This document shows positions 1 to 10,250 of a stretch of 64,000 nucleotides of DNA, in pieces. The number at the start of each line of letters is the position of its first letter. The stretch's first letter is position 1. Location: the NCBI GenBank assembly GCA_052171195.1, contig JBQMZB010000001.1, forward strand, positions 336,734 through 400,733. Reading direction: 5' to 3'. This DNA comes from Bacillales bacterium. GTDB taxonomy: Bacteria; Bacillota_I; Bacilli_A; RFN20; CAG-826. Position numbers and translations under genes: made by a program. The notes under the pieces are model-generated. The model saw nothing but the letters and a program-made list of their open reading frames with translations. It was not told the origin of the DNA and ran no database searches.

Positions 1-539
1 GTCCTTGTTCTGCATATCCTCTTGTCTTTTTACAAGATTTATTTGATATTACTATACTATACACTAACTCTAATATTTATCCTTATGAAGAATATCAACG
101 TAGGTTGAAATGTTTGACAAATTATGTCGATATGATAAATTCCATTTTTAAGAAAAATATTGAAGTAATAGTAGAAGATTATAATTATGATGAATTTAGA
201 AAAATATTATTACCATATAAAGATCAAAAAGAAAATAGTACTAGATGTCATATTTGTATACAAAAAAGACTAACAAATCTTTTTGAATACGCAGTTAAAA
301 ATAATTTTCCTAATGTGGCAACAGTTATGACTGTTTCAAGAAATAAAGATGAGCAATTCATGAATACATTAGGATTAAATATGATGAAAAAATATAAGAA
401 TATCACATATATTCCAACTGACTTTAAAAAAAATAATGGAGCTAACATAGGAGTTAAAATCTCGCATAAATATAATATGTATCGTCAAAACTATTGTGGA
501 TGCGAATTCTCGTTAAATAGCAAAGATATTAATAAATAA
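1..539 (+). CDS. queH: Epoxyqueuosine reductase QueH (DUF208), 5'-truncated by the window edge
   Basis: The reading frame stays open from nt 3 to the listed ORF. The C-terminal 'YRQNYCGCEFS' cysteine motif and upstream 'NSNIYPYEEY' are typical of the QueH/DUF208 family. Confidence 0.55.
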   Translation, partial: PCSAYPLVFLQDLFDITILYTNSNIYPYEEYQRRLKCLTNYVDMINSIFKKNIEVIVEDYNYDEFRKILLPYKDQKENSTRCHICIQKRLTNLFEYAVKNNFPNVATVMTVSRNKDEQFMNTLGLNMMKKYKNITYIPTDFKKNNGANIGVKISHKYNMYRQNYCGCEFSLNSKDINK

Positions 540-586
540 TATAATATTTATTTAATTAAAATTTTTAACAATGATAAGTATATATC

Positions 587-1297
587 GTGTATAATATTTT
601 TATGAACACTAAATTATTTGTAGTTTCACATAGGAAATTAAAGCAAGAATTCTATCCTGATAGAACTATTATTTATGTTGGGAAAAATTCTAATAAACTA
701 AAAGAAGAAAACGATTATACCGATAACACAGGATTAAATATTTCTGAAAGAAATTATACATATTGCGAATGTAGCGCAATGTATTGGATTTATAAGAATG
801 TTAAATGTGATATCGTAGGAATTGAACATTATCGAAGAGTTTTTTCTGGTTTAAATTTTAAATTTTTAAGTAAGAAAAAAGCTGAAAAAATAATTAATAA
901 ATATGATTTTATCGTAATGGTAAATTTTATAATGAGATTTTCTGTTAAAAATCAATTTATTAAATCACATACTTTAGAAATGTATAACGCCATGGAAGAT
1001 GCTGTTAAAAAAATTTATCCTGAATACATGGATGCTTTTAATAAATCAATGAATAGACATTTCAATAGTTGGTGTAATATGATGATTACATCAAAAGAAA
1101 ACTATGATAAATATTGTAAATTTTTATTTGATATATTATTTGAAATAGAAAAAAATATAACAATACCTAAAGATAAATATCAATCAAGAATCATGGGATT
1201 TATAGCAGAGAGATTATTAAATGTATATTTGATCAAAAATAATAATCTAAAAGTTAAATATAAATTAATTAGATTTACTAAAAATTATCTTAAATAA
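587..1297 (+). CDS. DUF4422-family protein (putative exopolysaccharide biosynthesis / sugar transferase)
   Basis: 236 aa. 'KLFVVSHRK..IIYVGKN' and 'IEHYRR' resemble DUF4422 proteins of EPS clusters. Start could be 587 or 602, and there is no clear SD. Confidence 0.4.
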   Translation: MYNIFMNTKLFVVSHRKLKQEFYPDRTIIYVGKNSNKLKEENDYTDNTGLNISERNYTYCECSAMYWIYKNVKCDIVGIEHYRRVFSGLNFKFLSKKKAEKIINKYDFIVMVNFIMRFSVKNQFIKSHTLEMYNAMEDAVKKIYPEYMDAFNKSMNRHFNSWCNMMITSKENYDKYCKFLFDILFEIEKNITIPKDKYQSRIMGFIAERLLNVYLIKNNNLKVKYKLIRFTKNYLK

Positions 1298-1299
1298 CT

Positions 1300-2487
1300 A
1301 TGAATTTAAAATATGACATTTTACATATAAGTTCACGTGCAAAAAAAGACGAGAAAAATAATAAAGTTATTAACGGTGTAGTTGGTTCTTTTTTTGATGA
1401 TAATAAAAAATTAATTAAATATGATAATATAGCGTCAAATTTAACTAAATACGCTCAAGAATATTTATCTTATGGAAGTGTTATTGGTAATGAAAAATAT
1501 TTTGAAGGCATTTTTAAGTGGTTATTTAATGATAATTATTTATCTTATTATAAAAAAGAAAACTTATTTAAAATGGCAACATTTGGAGGAACCGGTGCTA
1601 TTTACTCTACTTTTAAGTTTTTCAAAGATCAAAATGTTTTAACCTTAATTCCAGATATTTGCTGGACAAATTATTTTTCAATTTGTGATGAAGCTTCCAT
1701 GAATTATAAAACTTATTCTTTATTTAAAGATAATAAGTTTAATTTTGAATCATTAATTAATCTTATTGAATCTTCACTAAATAAATATAATAAAATTCTT
1801 TTATTAATTAATGATCCTTGTCAGAATCCTACCGGTTATTCTTTAACTAAAGAAGAGTATGAAAAATTATTTTCTATATTAAATAAATATAATGAAAATA
1901 ATAATTTAATCGATGTTTTATTTGATATAGCGTATTTTAATTTTAAAAATGATGAATGTCATTTATTTTCTTATTTGATTAATGAATATAAATTTAATAT
2001 TTTTATTTCATTTTCTGGTTCAAAAATATTTGGTATTTATGGGTTAAGAATTGGAGCGTTATTTGTTTTATTAAATGATAAAAATAAAATAAATTATCTT
2101 AATGATAAGATGTATTTGATGACAAGAGGTAGTTATTCTTGCCCTAATAATCAAATACAAAATATATTAGCGAATATTTTAAATGATGAAGTAGAAATAA
2201 AATCATTAAGAAGTGATTTTAATTTTAAAAAGAATATTTTAAAAAATCGAAGTGAATATATTCTTAAATTATTAAAAGAAAATAATATTTTATTTTGTCC
2301 TTATGATTCGGGTTTTTTTATTACAATAAAAGTTAAAAATGATAGTTATCAGGTTTGTGATGAATTAGAAAAAAGACATATTTATCTTGTCCCTATGGAT
2401 AATAATTTAATAAGGGTTGCCTTGTGTTCCTTAAATTTAGCTGAAATAAAAGAAATTATTAAAGTTTTAAAGGATATTGATAAATAA
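1300..2487 (+). CDS. Class I/II PLP-dependent aminotransferase (AspC/TyrB-like)
   Basis: 395 aa. 'NDPCQNPTGYSL' (NPTG motif) and 'SFSGSKIFGIYGLRIG' (PLP-lysine SxSK motif) are present. Confidence 0.7.
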   Translation: MNLKYDILHISSRAKKDEKNNKVINGVVGSFFDDNKKLIKYDNIASNLTKYAQEYLSYGSVIGNEKYFEGIFKWLFNDNYLSYYKKENLFKMATFGGTGAIYSTFKFFKDQNVLTLIPDICWTNYFSICDEASMNYKTYSLFKDNKFNFESLINLIESSLNKYNKILLLINDPCQNPTGYSLTKEEYEKLFSILNKYNENNNLIDVLFDIAYFNFKNDECHLFSYLINEYKFNIFISFSGSKIFGIYGLRIGALFVLLNDKNKINYLNDKMYLMTRGSYSCPNNQIQNILANILNDEVEIKSLRSDFNFKKNILKNRSEYILKLLKENNILFCPYDSGFFITIKVKNDSYQVCDELEKRHIYLVPMDNNLIRVALCSLNLAEIKEIIKVLKDIDK

Positions 2488-2488
2488 T

Positions 2489-3616
2489 ATGAAAAAAATA
2501 TATTGGTTTGTAAATCAATTTTATAAAGTAGGCGGAAGTGAAATTGTAAGCCTTAATGATATTAATATTTTAGCAAATGACTATGAAATTAATGTAGTTT
2601 TATTATCTAGTGATGATATTAATTATGACCAATATAAAATAAAATATAATCTAAATATTACTAGATTAAATATTTCCCCATTAATAATAAGAAATGAAGA
2701 TTACCTTAAAAAATCATCATTATTAACTAAAATAAAAGTATATTTTAAAGTATCTAATTTTATTTTGTTTAAGAAATTTAAATATCGTAGAATGATTAAA
2801 AAAATGGTTAATAAAGAAGATATATTAATTTATTCATCACCATTTAGTTATATGATTGCTCCAAAAAAATATAACAATATTTTTCATTTTCACTATAATT
2901 CTATATATCTTAATAAATTTTTAAATAGAGTAGTAATTAATTTTCTAGCTAATAAACCAAAATTAAAAATCGTGTTAACAAAAGAGACTAAAGAAAAATA
3001 TAAACATAATAAAAAAGAATTAATTGAATATATCTATAATCCTTCTAGAGTTATGCAAGTCGAAAATTTTGATGTTGAAGAAAAACCGGAATTATTATTT
3101 TTTGCAAGATATGAAAAACAAAAAAGACCATTGGTTGCTATAGAAACATTGATTTTATTATCTCATTATGATCCATATTTTAAATGTCATTTTTATGGCG
3201 GAGGATATTATTATAAAGAAATGGTGAAAATAGTTAAAGATAATAAATTAGAAAATAATATTATTATTCATAACGGATTTGTAAATCCAGACAAGATATT
3301 AACTGGTAATAAAATTCTAATTATGACATCCTTATTTGAAGGTTTCCCTTTGAATATAATTGAAACAAGTTCAAGATCGATCCCAACAGTATTGATGAAT
3401 TATGGGGATGGAGCAAATGAACTAGTAATTAACAATAAAACAGGCATAATTGTACCTCAAAACGATAAAGAAAGTATGGCAAACGCCCTATATAAAGTGC
3501 TTCACGATAAAAAATTATTATTGGATTTAAAAATTAATGCCTTCGAGCATAGTTTAAAATTTAGTGAAAGTGAAATAAGAAAATCTTGGTTAAAAATTTT
3601 AAAAAACCTTGATTAG
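2489..3616 (+). CDS. Glycosyltransferase family 4 (GT-B, group 1)
   Basis: C-terminal 'FEGFPLNIIETSSRSIPTV' is an EX7E-type motif. The listed ORF starts at a TTG at 2477. The ATG at 2489 lies just after the aminotransferase stop. Confidence 0.6.
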   Translation: MKKIYWFVNQFYKVGGSEIVSLNDINILANDYEINVVLLSSDDINYDQYKIKYNLNITRLNISPLIIRNEDYLKKSSLLTKIKVYFKVSNFILFKKFKYRRMIKKMVNKEDILIYSSPFSYMIAPKKYNNIFHFHYNSIYLNKFLNRVVINFLANKPKLKIVLTKETKEKYKHNKKELIEYIYNPSRVMQVENFDVEEKPELLFFARYEKQKRPLVAIETLILLSHYDPYFKCHFYGGGYYYKEMVKIVKDNKLENNIIIHNGFVNPDKILTGNKILIMTSLFEGFPLNIIETSSRSIPTVLMNYGDGANELVINNKTGIIVPQNDKESMANALYKVLHDKKLLLDLKINAFEHSLKFSESEIRKSWLKILKNLD

Positions 3617-3818
3617 TTGTCATTATTTTGAATTTTAAAAAATATTTAAAAAAAGTCATTTTTTTGGTTGCTTTATTATATGAATAAGTATAAAATATTA
3701 AAAGCTATAAATGTATTGATTTGCGACATTGCTGATACACCAACAGGCGTTGTCATGAGTAGGGCATCAGGTAAGTCGTAATGAACATTGAGGCCTGTCA
3801 TTTGAAAGGAGAATATTC
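3617..3818 (+). promoter_or_regulatory. S10-operon promoter (TTGCTT ... TATAAAAT) plus a roughly 110-nt GC-enriched structured 5' leader ending in AAAGGAG SD
   Basis: There is a -35-like TTGCTT (~3667) and an extended -10 (~3690). The leader 3720-3810 is far more GC-rich than its surroundings and has complementary segments (ACAGGC...GCCTGT). Confidence 0.4.
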
Positions 3819-4130
3819 ATGGCAAACGTTAAAAAGATTAGAGTTCGTTTACAAGCTTATGATCACAAAATCTTGGATTTAGCAGTAGATAAGATTGTTA
3901 ACGCAATTCAAAAAACAGGTGCAAAAGTAGTCGGACCTATTCCACTTCCAACGGAAAAACAAGTCTACACAATATTAAGAGCTGTCTTTAAATATAAAGA
4001 TAGTAGAGAACAATTTGAGATTAGAACACATAAGAGAATTATCGATATCACTAATCCACAAAGTTCAACCGTTGAAGCTTTAAGAAAATTAGATCTTCCA
4101 AGCGGTATTGATATCGATATTAAGTTATAG
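3819..4130 (+). CDS. rpsJ: 30S ribosomal protein S10
   Basis: 103 aa with the canonical S10 sequence (RIRLKAYD..-like), the first gene of the S10 operon, with an AGGAGA SD. Confidence 0.95.
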   Translation: MANVKKIRVRLQAYDHKILDLAVDKIVNAIQKTGAKVVGPIPLPTEKQVYTILRAVFKYKDSREQFEIRTHKRIIDITNPQSSTVEALRKLDLPSGIDIDIKL

Positions 4131-4141
4131 GAGGTAGGACA

Positions 4142-5029
4142 ATGAAAAGTATCATCGGTAGAAAAATCGGTATGACCGAAGTTTATGCAGAAGATGGCAC
4201 TATGTATGCTGTTACTGTTGTAGAAGTCTTACCAAACGTTGTTACCCAAAAGAAAACAATTGAAAAAGATGGTTATGAAGCTTTGCAAGTTGGTTATGAA
4301 GATAAAAAAGAAAAAAATGTCAACAAACCAATGAAGGGAATTTATGAAAAAGCTAAAGTTTCTCCAAAACAACATCTTTATGAATTAAAAGGTGATGAAT
4401 TATCACAATATGAAGTTGGTCAAGAAATTACAGTTGATATCTTCAACCAAGGCGATGTCGTTGATGTTATTGGACATAGTAAAGGTAGAGGATTTGCTGG
4501 TGTTATTAAAAGATGGCATCACCATATTGGACCTAAAGGACACGGTAGTGGTTATCATAGACAATCTGGTTCATTCGCAAATAATGGACGTTGTGTTAAC
4601 CGTGTTATACCTGGTAAAAAAATGGCTGGTCATATGGGAAATGATTCCGCAACAGTTCTTAACACAAGAGTTATTGCTGTTGATAAAGAAAAAAATTGCT
4701 TACTTATCTTAGGTGGTATCCCAGGAAGTAAATTATCAATTGTTAAAATTAGAACCGCTATTAAAGGTATTAAACATCCAGTAGAAATTAAAAATTTATT
4801 AAACCGTGCTGAGTATGATAAAGCAATTGCTGAAAAGAAAGCTGCTGAAGAAGCTGCAAAAGAAGCAAAAAAACAAGAAGAAAGAGCTAAATTAGAAGCT
4901 CAAAAGAAAGCTTTAGAAGAAAAGAAAGCCGAAAAACAAAGAGCTGCTGAAGAAGCAAAGAAAGCTGCTGAAGAAGCTACTAATACAAATAGTGAACCAA
5001 CAGAAACAACTGTTGAAGAAAATAAATAG
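4142..5029 (+). CDS. rplC: 50S ribosomal protein L3 with roughly 80-aa K/A/E-rich C-terminal extension
   Basis: The L3 core reaches about residue 215. The tail 'KAIAEKKAAEEAAKEAKKQEERAK...' is low complexity with imperfectly repeated GCTGCTGAAGAAGC units. Confidence 0.93.
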   Translation: MKSIIGRKIGMTEVYAEDGTMYAVTVVEVLPNVVTQKKTIEKDGYEALQVGYEDKKEKNVNKPMKGIYEKAKVSPKQHLYELKGDELSQYEVGQEITVDIFNQGDVVDVIGHSKGRGFAGVIKRWHHHIGPKGHGSGYHRQSGSFANNGRCVNRVIPGKKMAGHMGNDSATVLNTRVIAVDKEKNCLLILGGIPGSKLSIVKIRTAIKGIKHPVEIKNLLNRAEYDKAIAEKKAAEEAAKEAKKQEERAKLEAQKKALEEKKAEKQRAAEEAKKAAEEATNTNSEPTETTVEENK

Positions 5030-5044
5030 TAGAAAGGAATCAAA

Positions 5045-5671
5045 ATGGAAAATACAATAAATTTAAAAGTATATAAACAAGATGGTTCTGAAGTTTCTAC
5101 CATTAGTTTATTAAAAGATATCTTCGGTATCAAACCTAATGAATCTGTTTTATTCGATGCTGTTCAAGTATATCGTTCAAATTCCAGACAAGGAACTGCT
5201 AAAACTAAGAAAAGAAGTGAAGTTGCTGGTACTGGAAAGAAACCATATCGTCAAAAAGGTACTGGCCGTGCTCGTGCTGGTGATGTCAAATCTCCAATAT
5301 GGGTCGGTGGTGGTACAGTATTTGGCCCAGATGGAAATCAAAATTACAAAATTAAACAAAATAAAAAAGAACATCTTCTTGCATTAAAATCAGCATTAAG
5401 TATTATCGCTAAAGAAAATATTATTGTTCTTGATAATCTTAAAATTAATGGAAAAACTAAAGAAGTTGTTGAATTACTTAAAACATTTAAATTAAATGAT
5501 AAAAAAGTAATCTTAGTTACCAGTGAATTACAAGCCATCTTAGCTAGTGGAAACATTCCTGGTGTTATAACAAGAGAATATAACAATCTTAGCGTTTATG
5601 ATTTATTAAATACTGAGAAATTAGTTATCACTAAAGAAGACATTAAAAAAATTGAGGAGGAACTTCAATAA
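5045..5671 (+). CDS. rplD: 50S ribosomal protein L4
   Basis: 208 aa, 'GTGRARAG' L4 signature. Confidence 0.95.
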   Translation: MENTINLKVYKQDGSEVSTISLLKDIFGIKPNESVLFDAVQVYRSNSRQGTAKTKKRSEVAGTGKKPYRQKGTGRARAGDVKSPIWVGGGTVFGPDGNQNYKIKQNKKEHLLALKSALSIIAKENIIVLDNLKINGKTKEVVELLKTFKLNDKKVILVTSELQAILASGNIPGVITREYNNLSVYDLLNTEKLVITKEDIKKIEEELQ

Positions 5672-5991
5672 TGGCTAATGATAAAAAAGTTGTAAAGGCT
5701 ACTATTAGTGATTTCGATGTCATCATTGAACCTCTTATCACTGAAAAAACCATGTCACAAAATCAAGAAACTCACAAAGTTACTTTCAAAGTTAAAAAAG
5801 ATGCTAATAAAACTCAAATTAAGCATGCTATTGAAAGAATTTACAATGTAAAAGTTTTAGAAGTTAAAACCGTTAACGTTTTACCTAAAAAAACTAGCCG
5901 TGGTTCAAGATACCATGGAACAATTCCTGGATTTAAAAAGGCAATTGTCAGATTAGAACAAGGTCAAGTCTTAGATCTTTTCAAAGAATAA
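5671..5991 (+). CDS. rplW: 50S ribosomal protein L23
   Basis: 106 aa, TAATG overlap with rplD, S10-operon order. Confidence 0.93.
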   Translation: MANDKKVVKATISDFDVIIEPLITEKTMSQNQETHKVTFKVKKDANKTQIKHAIERIYNVKVLEVKTVNVLPKKTSRGSRYHGTIPGFKKAIVRLEQGQVLDLFKE

Positions 5992-6019
5992 ATTAAATAA
6001 ATTATAGGAGATTAAAATT

Positions 6020-6853
6020 ATGTCAATTAAAACATACAAACCATATACTCCTTCAAGAAGAAATATGACAAATATTTCTTTCGAAGAAGTAACTAAAAGC
6101 ACTCCTGAAAAATCTTTACTCGTTACTTTAAAGAAAACTGGTGGAAGAAATAATAATGGTGTTATTACTACACGTCACATTGGCGGTGGTCACAAAAGAA
6201 AATATCGTATTATTGATTTTAAAAGAGATAAAACAGGAATTGTTGGAAAAGTTAGTGCTATTGAATACGATCCAAATAGAAACGCTCATATCGCTTTAAT
6301 TAATTATAGTGATGGTGAAAAACGTTATATTATTCAACCAAAAGGATTAAAAGTTGGCGACAAAATCGTTAGCAATGATAACTGCGATATCGTAACAGGT
6401 AACTGCTTACAATTACAAAATATTCCTGAAGGTACTTTCGTTCATTGTATTGAACTTAAACCATTAAAGGGCGGACAACTTTGTAGAAGTGCTGGATGTA
6501 GCGCTCAAGTCTTAGGTAAAGAAGGAAAATACGTTATCATGAGACTTCAAAGTGGAGAAATGAGAAAGATCTTAGGAACTTGCAGAGCAACCATTGGTCA
6601 AGTTGGTAATGAAGATTATTCATTAATTAACTTCGGTAAAGCTGGTAAGAAGAGATGGATGGGTGTTAGACCTACTGTTAGAGGTAGCGCAATGAACCCA
6701 CCAGATCACCCACACGGTGGTGGTGAAGGTAAATGTCCAATTGGTCATGATGCACCACGTACTCCATGGGGTAAAAGAGCCCTTGGTGTTAAAACCAGAA
6801 AAAATAAAAAAGCATCTACAAAACTTATTATCCGTAGATGTAGAGATAAATAG
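6020..6853 (+). CDS. rplB: 50S ribosomal protein L2
   Basis: 277 aa, 'GGGHKRKYR' and 'PHGGGEGK' L2 signatures. Confidence 0.96.
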   Translation: MSIKTYKPYTPSRRNMTNISFEEVTKSTPEKSLLVTLKKTGGRNNNGVITTRHIGGGHKRKYRIIDFKRDKTGIVGKVSAIEYDPNRNAHIALINYSDGEKRYIIQPKGLKVGDKIVSNDNCDIVTGNCLQLQNIPEGTFVHCIELKPLKGGQLCRSAGCSAQVLGKEGKYVIMRLQSGEMRKILGTCRATIGQVGNEDYSLINFGKAGKKRWMGVRPTVRGSAMNPPDHPHGGGEGKCPIGHDAPRTPWGKRALGVKTRKNKKASTKLIIRRCRDK

Positions 6854-6874
6854 TAAAGGAAAGGAGATTAAAAT

Positions 6875-7180
6875 ATGGCAAGAAGTCTTAAAAAAGGACC
6901 ATTTGTTGATGAGTCTTTAATGAAAAAAGTCCAAGCTTTAAATGAAGCTAATAAAAAAAGCGTAATTAAAACTTGGAGCAGAAGAAGTACAATATTCCCA
7001 GATTTTGTTGAACATACCTTTGCTGTTTATAACGGACGTACATTTATAACAGTATATGTCACTCAAGATATGGTCGGACATAAGTTAGGAGAATTTGCTC
7101 CAACCAGAACTTTCAAAGGTCACTTTGGAAATAACGCTGAGGATAAAGCCGCTGCTATGGCAGCTGCTAAAAAGAAGTAG
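6875..7180 (+). CDS. rpsS: 30S ribosomal protein S19
   Basis: 101 aa, '[16 protein letters not shown]' with a short Ala/Lys tail. Confidence 0.95.
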   Translation: MARSLKKGPFVDESLMKKVQALNEANKKSVIKTWSRRSTIFPDFVEHTFAVYNGRTFITVYVTQDMVGHKLGEFAPTRTFKGHFGNNAEDKAAAMAAAKKK

Positions 7181-7193
7181 ATAGGAGAAATTT

Positions 7194-7676
7194 ATGGCAG
7201 AAAAAATAGAAAATCAAACTGTTAAAACAACTGAAAATAAAGAAGTTGTTAAAGAAACCAAAAAATCTACTCCTAAAAAAGTTACTTCTAAAAAAGCCGA
7301 TAAAAAAGAAGTCAAAGTAGAAGAAAGTAAAATTGTTACTGAAGCATGCGCTAAAGCAATTAACGTCAAAGTCACTCCAAGAAAAGCAAGACTTGTTATT
7401 GATACCATACGTGGTAAAAATGTCAACGAAGCTTTATCAATTCTTAACAACCTTTCACATCATAAAGCTAGTGAAATCGTTGCTAAACTTGTTAATTCCG
7501 CTAAAGCTAACGCTGTTAACAATTTCAATATGAACGAAGCTAATTTATATATCGCTTCAATTCAAGCTTCTGATGGTGTAAAAATGAGAAGATATCTTCC
7601 AAGAGCTAAAGGTAGTGCTTCAGGTCTTGTTAAAAGATATTCAAATATCTATATCACCATTAAGGAAAGATTATAA
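7194..7676 (+). CDS. rplV: 50S ribosomal protein L22 with roughly 50-aa Lys-rich N-terminal extension
   Basis: The L22 core begins at 'AKAINVKVTPRKARLVIDTIRGK'. A good SD (AGGAGA) sits before the upstream ATG and there is no internal Met. Confidence 0.9.
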   Translation: MAEKIENQTVKTTENKEVVKETKKSTPKKVTSKKADKKEVKVEESKIVTEACAKAINVKVTPRKARLVIDTIRGKNVNEALSILNNLSHHKASEIVAKLVNSAKANAVNNFNMNEANLYIASIQASDGVKMRRYLPRAKGSASGLVKRYSNIYITIKERL

Positions 7677-7693
7677 GAGGAGAATGAAAGAAT

Positions 7694-8467
7694 ATGGGTC
7701 AAAAAGTTAATCCAGTAGGAATGCGTATCGGTCTTAACAAAGATTGGTTAAGCCGTTGGTTCGCTAATAAAAATGATTTTTCCACTTTCCTTGCTGAAGA
7801 TGAAAAAATTAGAAAATTTTTAGAAAAAAGTATTGATCGTTCAGCTCTTCTTTCCCACATTGAAATTGAAAGAAAGAAAACTGCTGAAGGATATAGCATT
7901 AAAATAAGTGTCTTTGTTGCTAGACCTGGAGTCGTTATTGGTGAAAAAGGCGCTAATATTGAAGCTTTACGCAAAAGTTTATCAAAACTTTGTAAAGGTA
8001 GTGACGTCAGAATTGATGTCATTGAAGTTAAAAATCCAAATCTTGATGCAAAGATTGTCAGCCAACAAATTGCTAATCAATTAGAACAACGTGCTTCATT
8101 CCGTATTGTTCAAAAGAAAGCAATTACTCAAGTTAGAAAATCTGGTGCTCAAGGTGTTAAAACAAAAGTTTCAGGTCGTTTAGGCGGTGCTGAAATTGCT
8201 CGTGATGAAGGATATAAAGATGGAACTATGGCCATCAATACCTTAAAAACTGATATCGACTACGCTATCAGTGAAGCACAAACAACTTATGGAAAATTAG
8301 GTGTTAAAGTCTGGATTTCCCGTGGTGAAAAAGAATTCTATAAATTCTCTGAAGAAACATTAACCTCTGATAAAGAACAAAATTCTTCAAAGAAAGACAA
8401 CCGTAGAAATAAACAACCACGTCAATCCTTGAAAGGAGAAAACCATGTTACAACCAAAGAGAGTTAA
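7694..8467 (+). CDS. rpsC: 30S ribosomal protein S3 (C-terminal extension)
   Basis: 257 aa with KH/S3-C motifs and a K/N/E-rich tail that overlaps the rplP start. Confidence 0.94.
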   Translation: MGQKVNPVGMRIGLNKDWLSRWFANKNDFSTFLAEDEKIRKFLEKSIDRSALLSHIEIERKKTAEGYSIKISVFVARPGVVIGEKGANIEALRKSLSKLCKGSDVRIDVIEVKNPNLDAKIVSQQIANQLEQRASFRIVQKKAITQVRKSGAQGVKTKVSGRLGGAEIARDEGYKDGTMAINTLKTDIDYAISEAQTTYGKLGVKVWISRGEKEFYKFSEETLTSDKEQNSSKKDNRRNKQPRQSLKGENHVTTKES

Positions 8468-8993
8468 GTATCGTAGACCTCATATACTTAAATATGAAGG
8501 CCTTTCAAAAGGTGGAAATTATGTTGCTTTTGGTGAATATGGACTTCAAGCTCTTGAAGGAAATTATGTCAGTGATCGTCAAATCGAAGCCTGCCGTATC
8601 GTTCTCTCAAGATATACCAAAAAACAAGGTAAAACTTGGATAAGAATATTCCCACACCTTGCTAAAACCAAAAAACCTGCAGAAGTTCGTATGGGTTCTG
8701 GTAAAGGTAATCCAGAATACTGGGTAGCTGTTGTTAAAAAGAATAGAATTTTATTTGAAATTGCTGGTGTTCCAGAAGCTGATGCTAGAAAAGCATTAAA
8801 AATGTGTTCATATAAATTACCATTAAAATGTAAAATTGTTAAAACCGATCGTAACGTTGCTAAATTTATACATAGTGATGAAGAAGTCGTTTTAAATAAT
8901 GAACCAGTAGAAGTTGAAGTTATTCACGGTGGAAACGAAGTCAATCAAGGTTCTGTCGCTGATAAATCACAAAAGAAAGAGAGTACTAGATAA
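8445..8993 (+). CDS. rplP: 50S ribosomal protein L16 with roughly 45-aa C-terminal extension
   Basis: '[11 protein letters not shown]' is the canonical L16 start. The core ends near '[10 protein letters not shown]' and is followed by an acidic tail. Confidence 0.94.
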   Translation: MLQPKRVKYRRPHILKYEGLSKGGNYVAFGEYGLQALEGNYVSDRQIEACRIVLSRYTKKQGKTWIRIFPHLAKTKKPAEVRMGSGKGNPEYWVAVVKKNRILFEIAGVPEADARKALKMCSYKLPLKCKIVKTDRNVAKFIHSDEEVVLNNEPVEVEVIHGGNEVNQGSVADKSQKKESTR

Positions 8994-8995
8994 CT

Positions 8996-9193
8996 ATGAA
9001 AATTGAAGAAATTAAACAAATGTCTACTGAAGATTTAAATAGTAAAGTTTACTCTCTTAAAGAAGAGTTATACGATCTTCGTAGAAAAAAAGCCGTTGGT
9101 CAATTAGAACATCTTTCACAAATTAAAATAGTACGTAAAGATATTGCACGTATCTATACTGTTTTAAAAGAAAGAGAACTCGGTATTAAATAA
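8996..9193 (+). CDS. rpmC: 50S ribosomal protein L29
   Basis: 65 aa, position and coiled-coil composition. Confidence 0.9.
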   Translation: MKIEEIKQMSTEDLNSKVYSLKEELYDLRRKKAVGQLEHLSQIKIVRKDIARIYTVLKERELGIK

Positions 9194-9203
9194 GGAGAAA
9201 AAT

Positions 9204-9533
9204 ATGGATAAACGTAGAAGAATTCAAGGTGTAGTTTTTTCAAATAAAAATGATAAAACCATCGGTGTAATGCTTAATAGTTACAAAAAACATCCAAAAT
9301 ATTTAAAACGAGTTCAATTCCGTTCTAAATATTACGCTGATGATCCACAAAATATTGCAAAAGTTGGAGACGTCGTCACAATTGAAGAATGTCGTCCAAT
9401 TTCTAAAACAAAAAGATTTAAGCTTGTTTCTATCGATAAAAAAGCATTAGAAGAAATTAAAATTTTAGAAGAAGTTGAAACTGTTGAAGTTTTAAATGAA
9501 AATAATGAAGAAACAACTAAGGAGGAAGAATAA
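9204..9533 (+). CDS. rpsQ: 30S ribosomal protein S17 (acidic C-terminal extension)
   Basis: '[30 protein letters not shown]' is the S17 core, with a Glu-rich tail. Confidence 0.93.
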   Translation: MDKRRRIQGVVFSNKNDKTIGVMLNSYKKHPKYLKRVQFRSKYYADDPQNIAKVGDVVTIEECRPISKTKRFKLVSIDKKALEEIKILEEVETVEVLNENNEETTKEEE

Positions 9534-9535
9534 TT

Positions 9536-9913
9536 ATGATTCAAACTGAAACCAATTTAGTTGTCGCTGATAACTCAGGAGCTCGTAAAGTTAGAGTTTT
9601 CAGAATTTATGGCGGTAGTCATAGAAAATCTTGTTCTGTTGGTGATGTAGTTTTATGTGCTGTTAAAGAAGCTATTCCAAACGGAAAAATTAAAAAAGGA
9701 AGTGTTGTCAAAGCTGTTATTGTCAGAACATCATATCCAATTCAAAGAAAAGATGGTAGCACAATAAGATTTGATGATAATGCCTGCGTTATTATTAATG
9801 ATGAGAAGTCTCCAATTGGAACTCGTGTATTCGGTCCAGTTGCTAGAGAACTTCGTGAAAGAGGAGTAGAAGGATTTATGAAAATTGTTTCCTTAGCTCC
9901 AGAAGTATTATAG
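9536..9913 (+). CDS. rplN: 50S ribosomal protein L14
   Basis: '[18 protein letters not shown]', 125 aa. Confidence 0.96.
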   Translation: MIQTETNLVVADNSGARKVRVFRIYGGSHRKSCSVGDVVLCAVKEAIPNGKIKKGSVVKAVIVRTSYPIQRKDGSTIRFDDNACVIINDEKSPIGTRVFGPVARELRERGVEGFMKIVSLAPEVL

Positions 9914-9927
9914 AAAGGATAAACGAT

Positions 9928-10239
9928 ATGAAATTAAAAAAAGGTGATAAAGTTATTGTTATCTCCGGTAAAGATAAAGATAAAACCGGTGTTATTCAAA
10001 GAGTTTATCCTAAACTTAACAAAGTCGTTGTAGAAGGTGTTAATAAAGTTAAAAAACACGTTAAACCTACTCAACAAAATCCTGAAGGTGGAATTAGAGA
10101 AATGTATGCCCCAATAGATGCAAGCAAAGTTATGTATTACGATGCTAAAGCTAAATGTGGAACACGTCTTTCTTATAAATATGACGCTGAAGGTAATAAA
10201 ATAAGAGTTGCTAAGAAAAGCAACACAGAAATTAAATAG
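9928..10239 (+). CDS. rplX: 50S ribosomal protein L24
   Basis: '[17 protein letters not shown]' KOW motif. Confidence 0.94.
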   Translation: MKLKKGDKVIVISGKDKDKTGVIQRVYPKLNKVVVEGVNKVKKHVKPTQQNPEGGIREMYAPIDASKVMYYDAKAKCGTRLSYKYDAEGNKIRVAKKSNTEIK

Positions 10240-10250
10240 AGGAGAAGAAA

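Noticed and set aside
248-448. 66-aa antisense ORF inside queH
   Set aside because: It is fully embedded antisense to a well-supported gene. Its composition is hydrophobic low complexity, typical of AT-rich antisense frames.
4800-5029. rplC 3' region as a separate fused gene or tandem DNA repeat element
   Set aside because: It is continuous in frame with the L3 core with no internal stop or start signal. The repeats are short, imperfect, codon-level (GCTGCTGAAGAAGC) and encode a K/A/E low-complexity tail.
4392-5586. Several 65-106-aa ORFs overlapping rplC/rplD in other frames or antisense (4392..4712+, 4900..5133-, 5139..5387+, 5177..5374-, 5344..5586-)
   Set aside because: They overlap highly conserved r-protein genes. 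The 4900..5133 antisense ORF is produced by the repetitive GCT/GAA codons of the L3 tail.
6717-8022. Alternative-frame or antisense ORFs in rplB/rpsS/rplV/rpsC (6717..6920, 7214..7450-, 7333..7533, 7699..8022-)
   Set aside because: They are embedded in conserved ribosomal genes with no SD or independent support.
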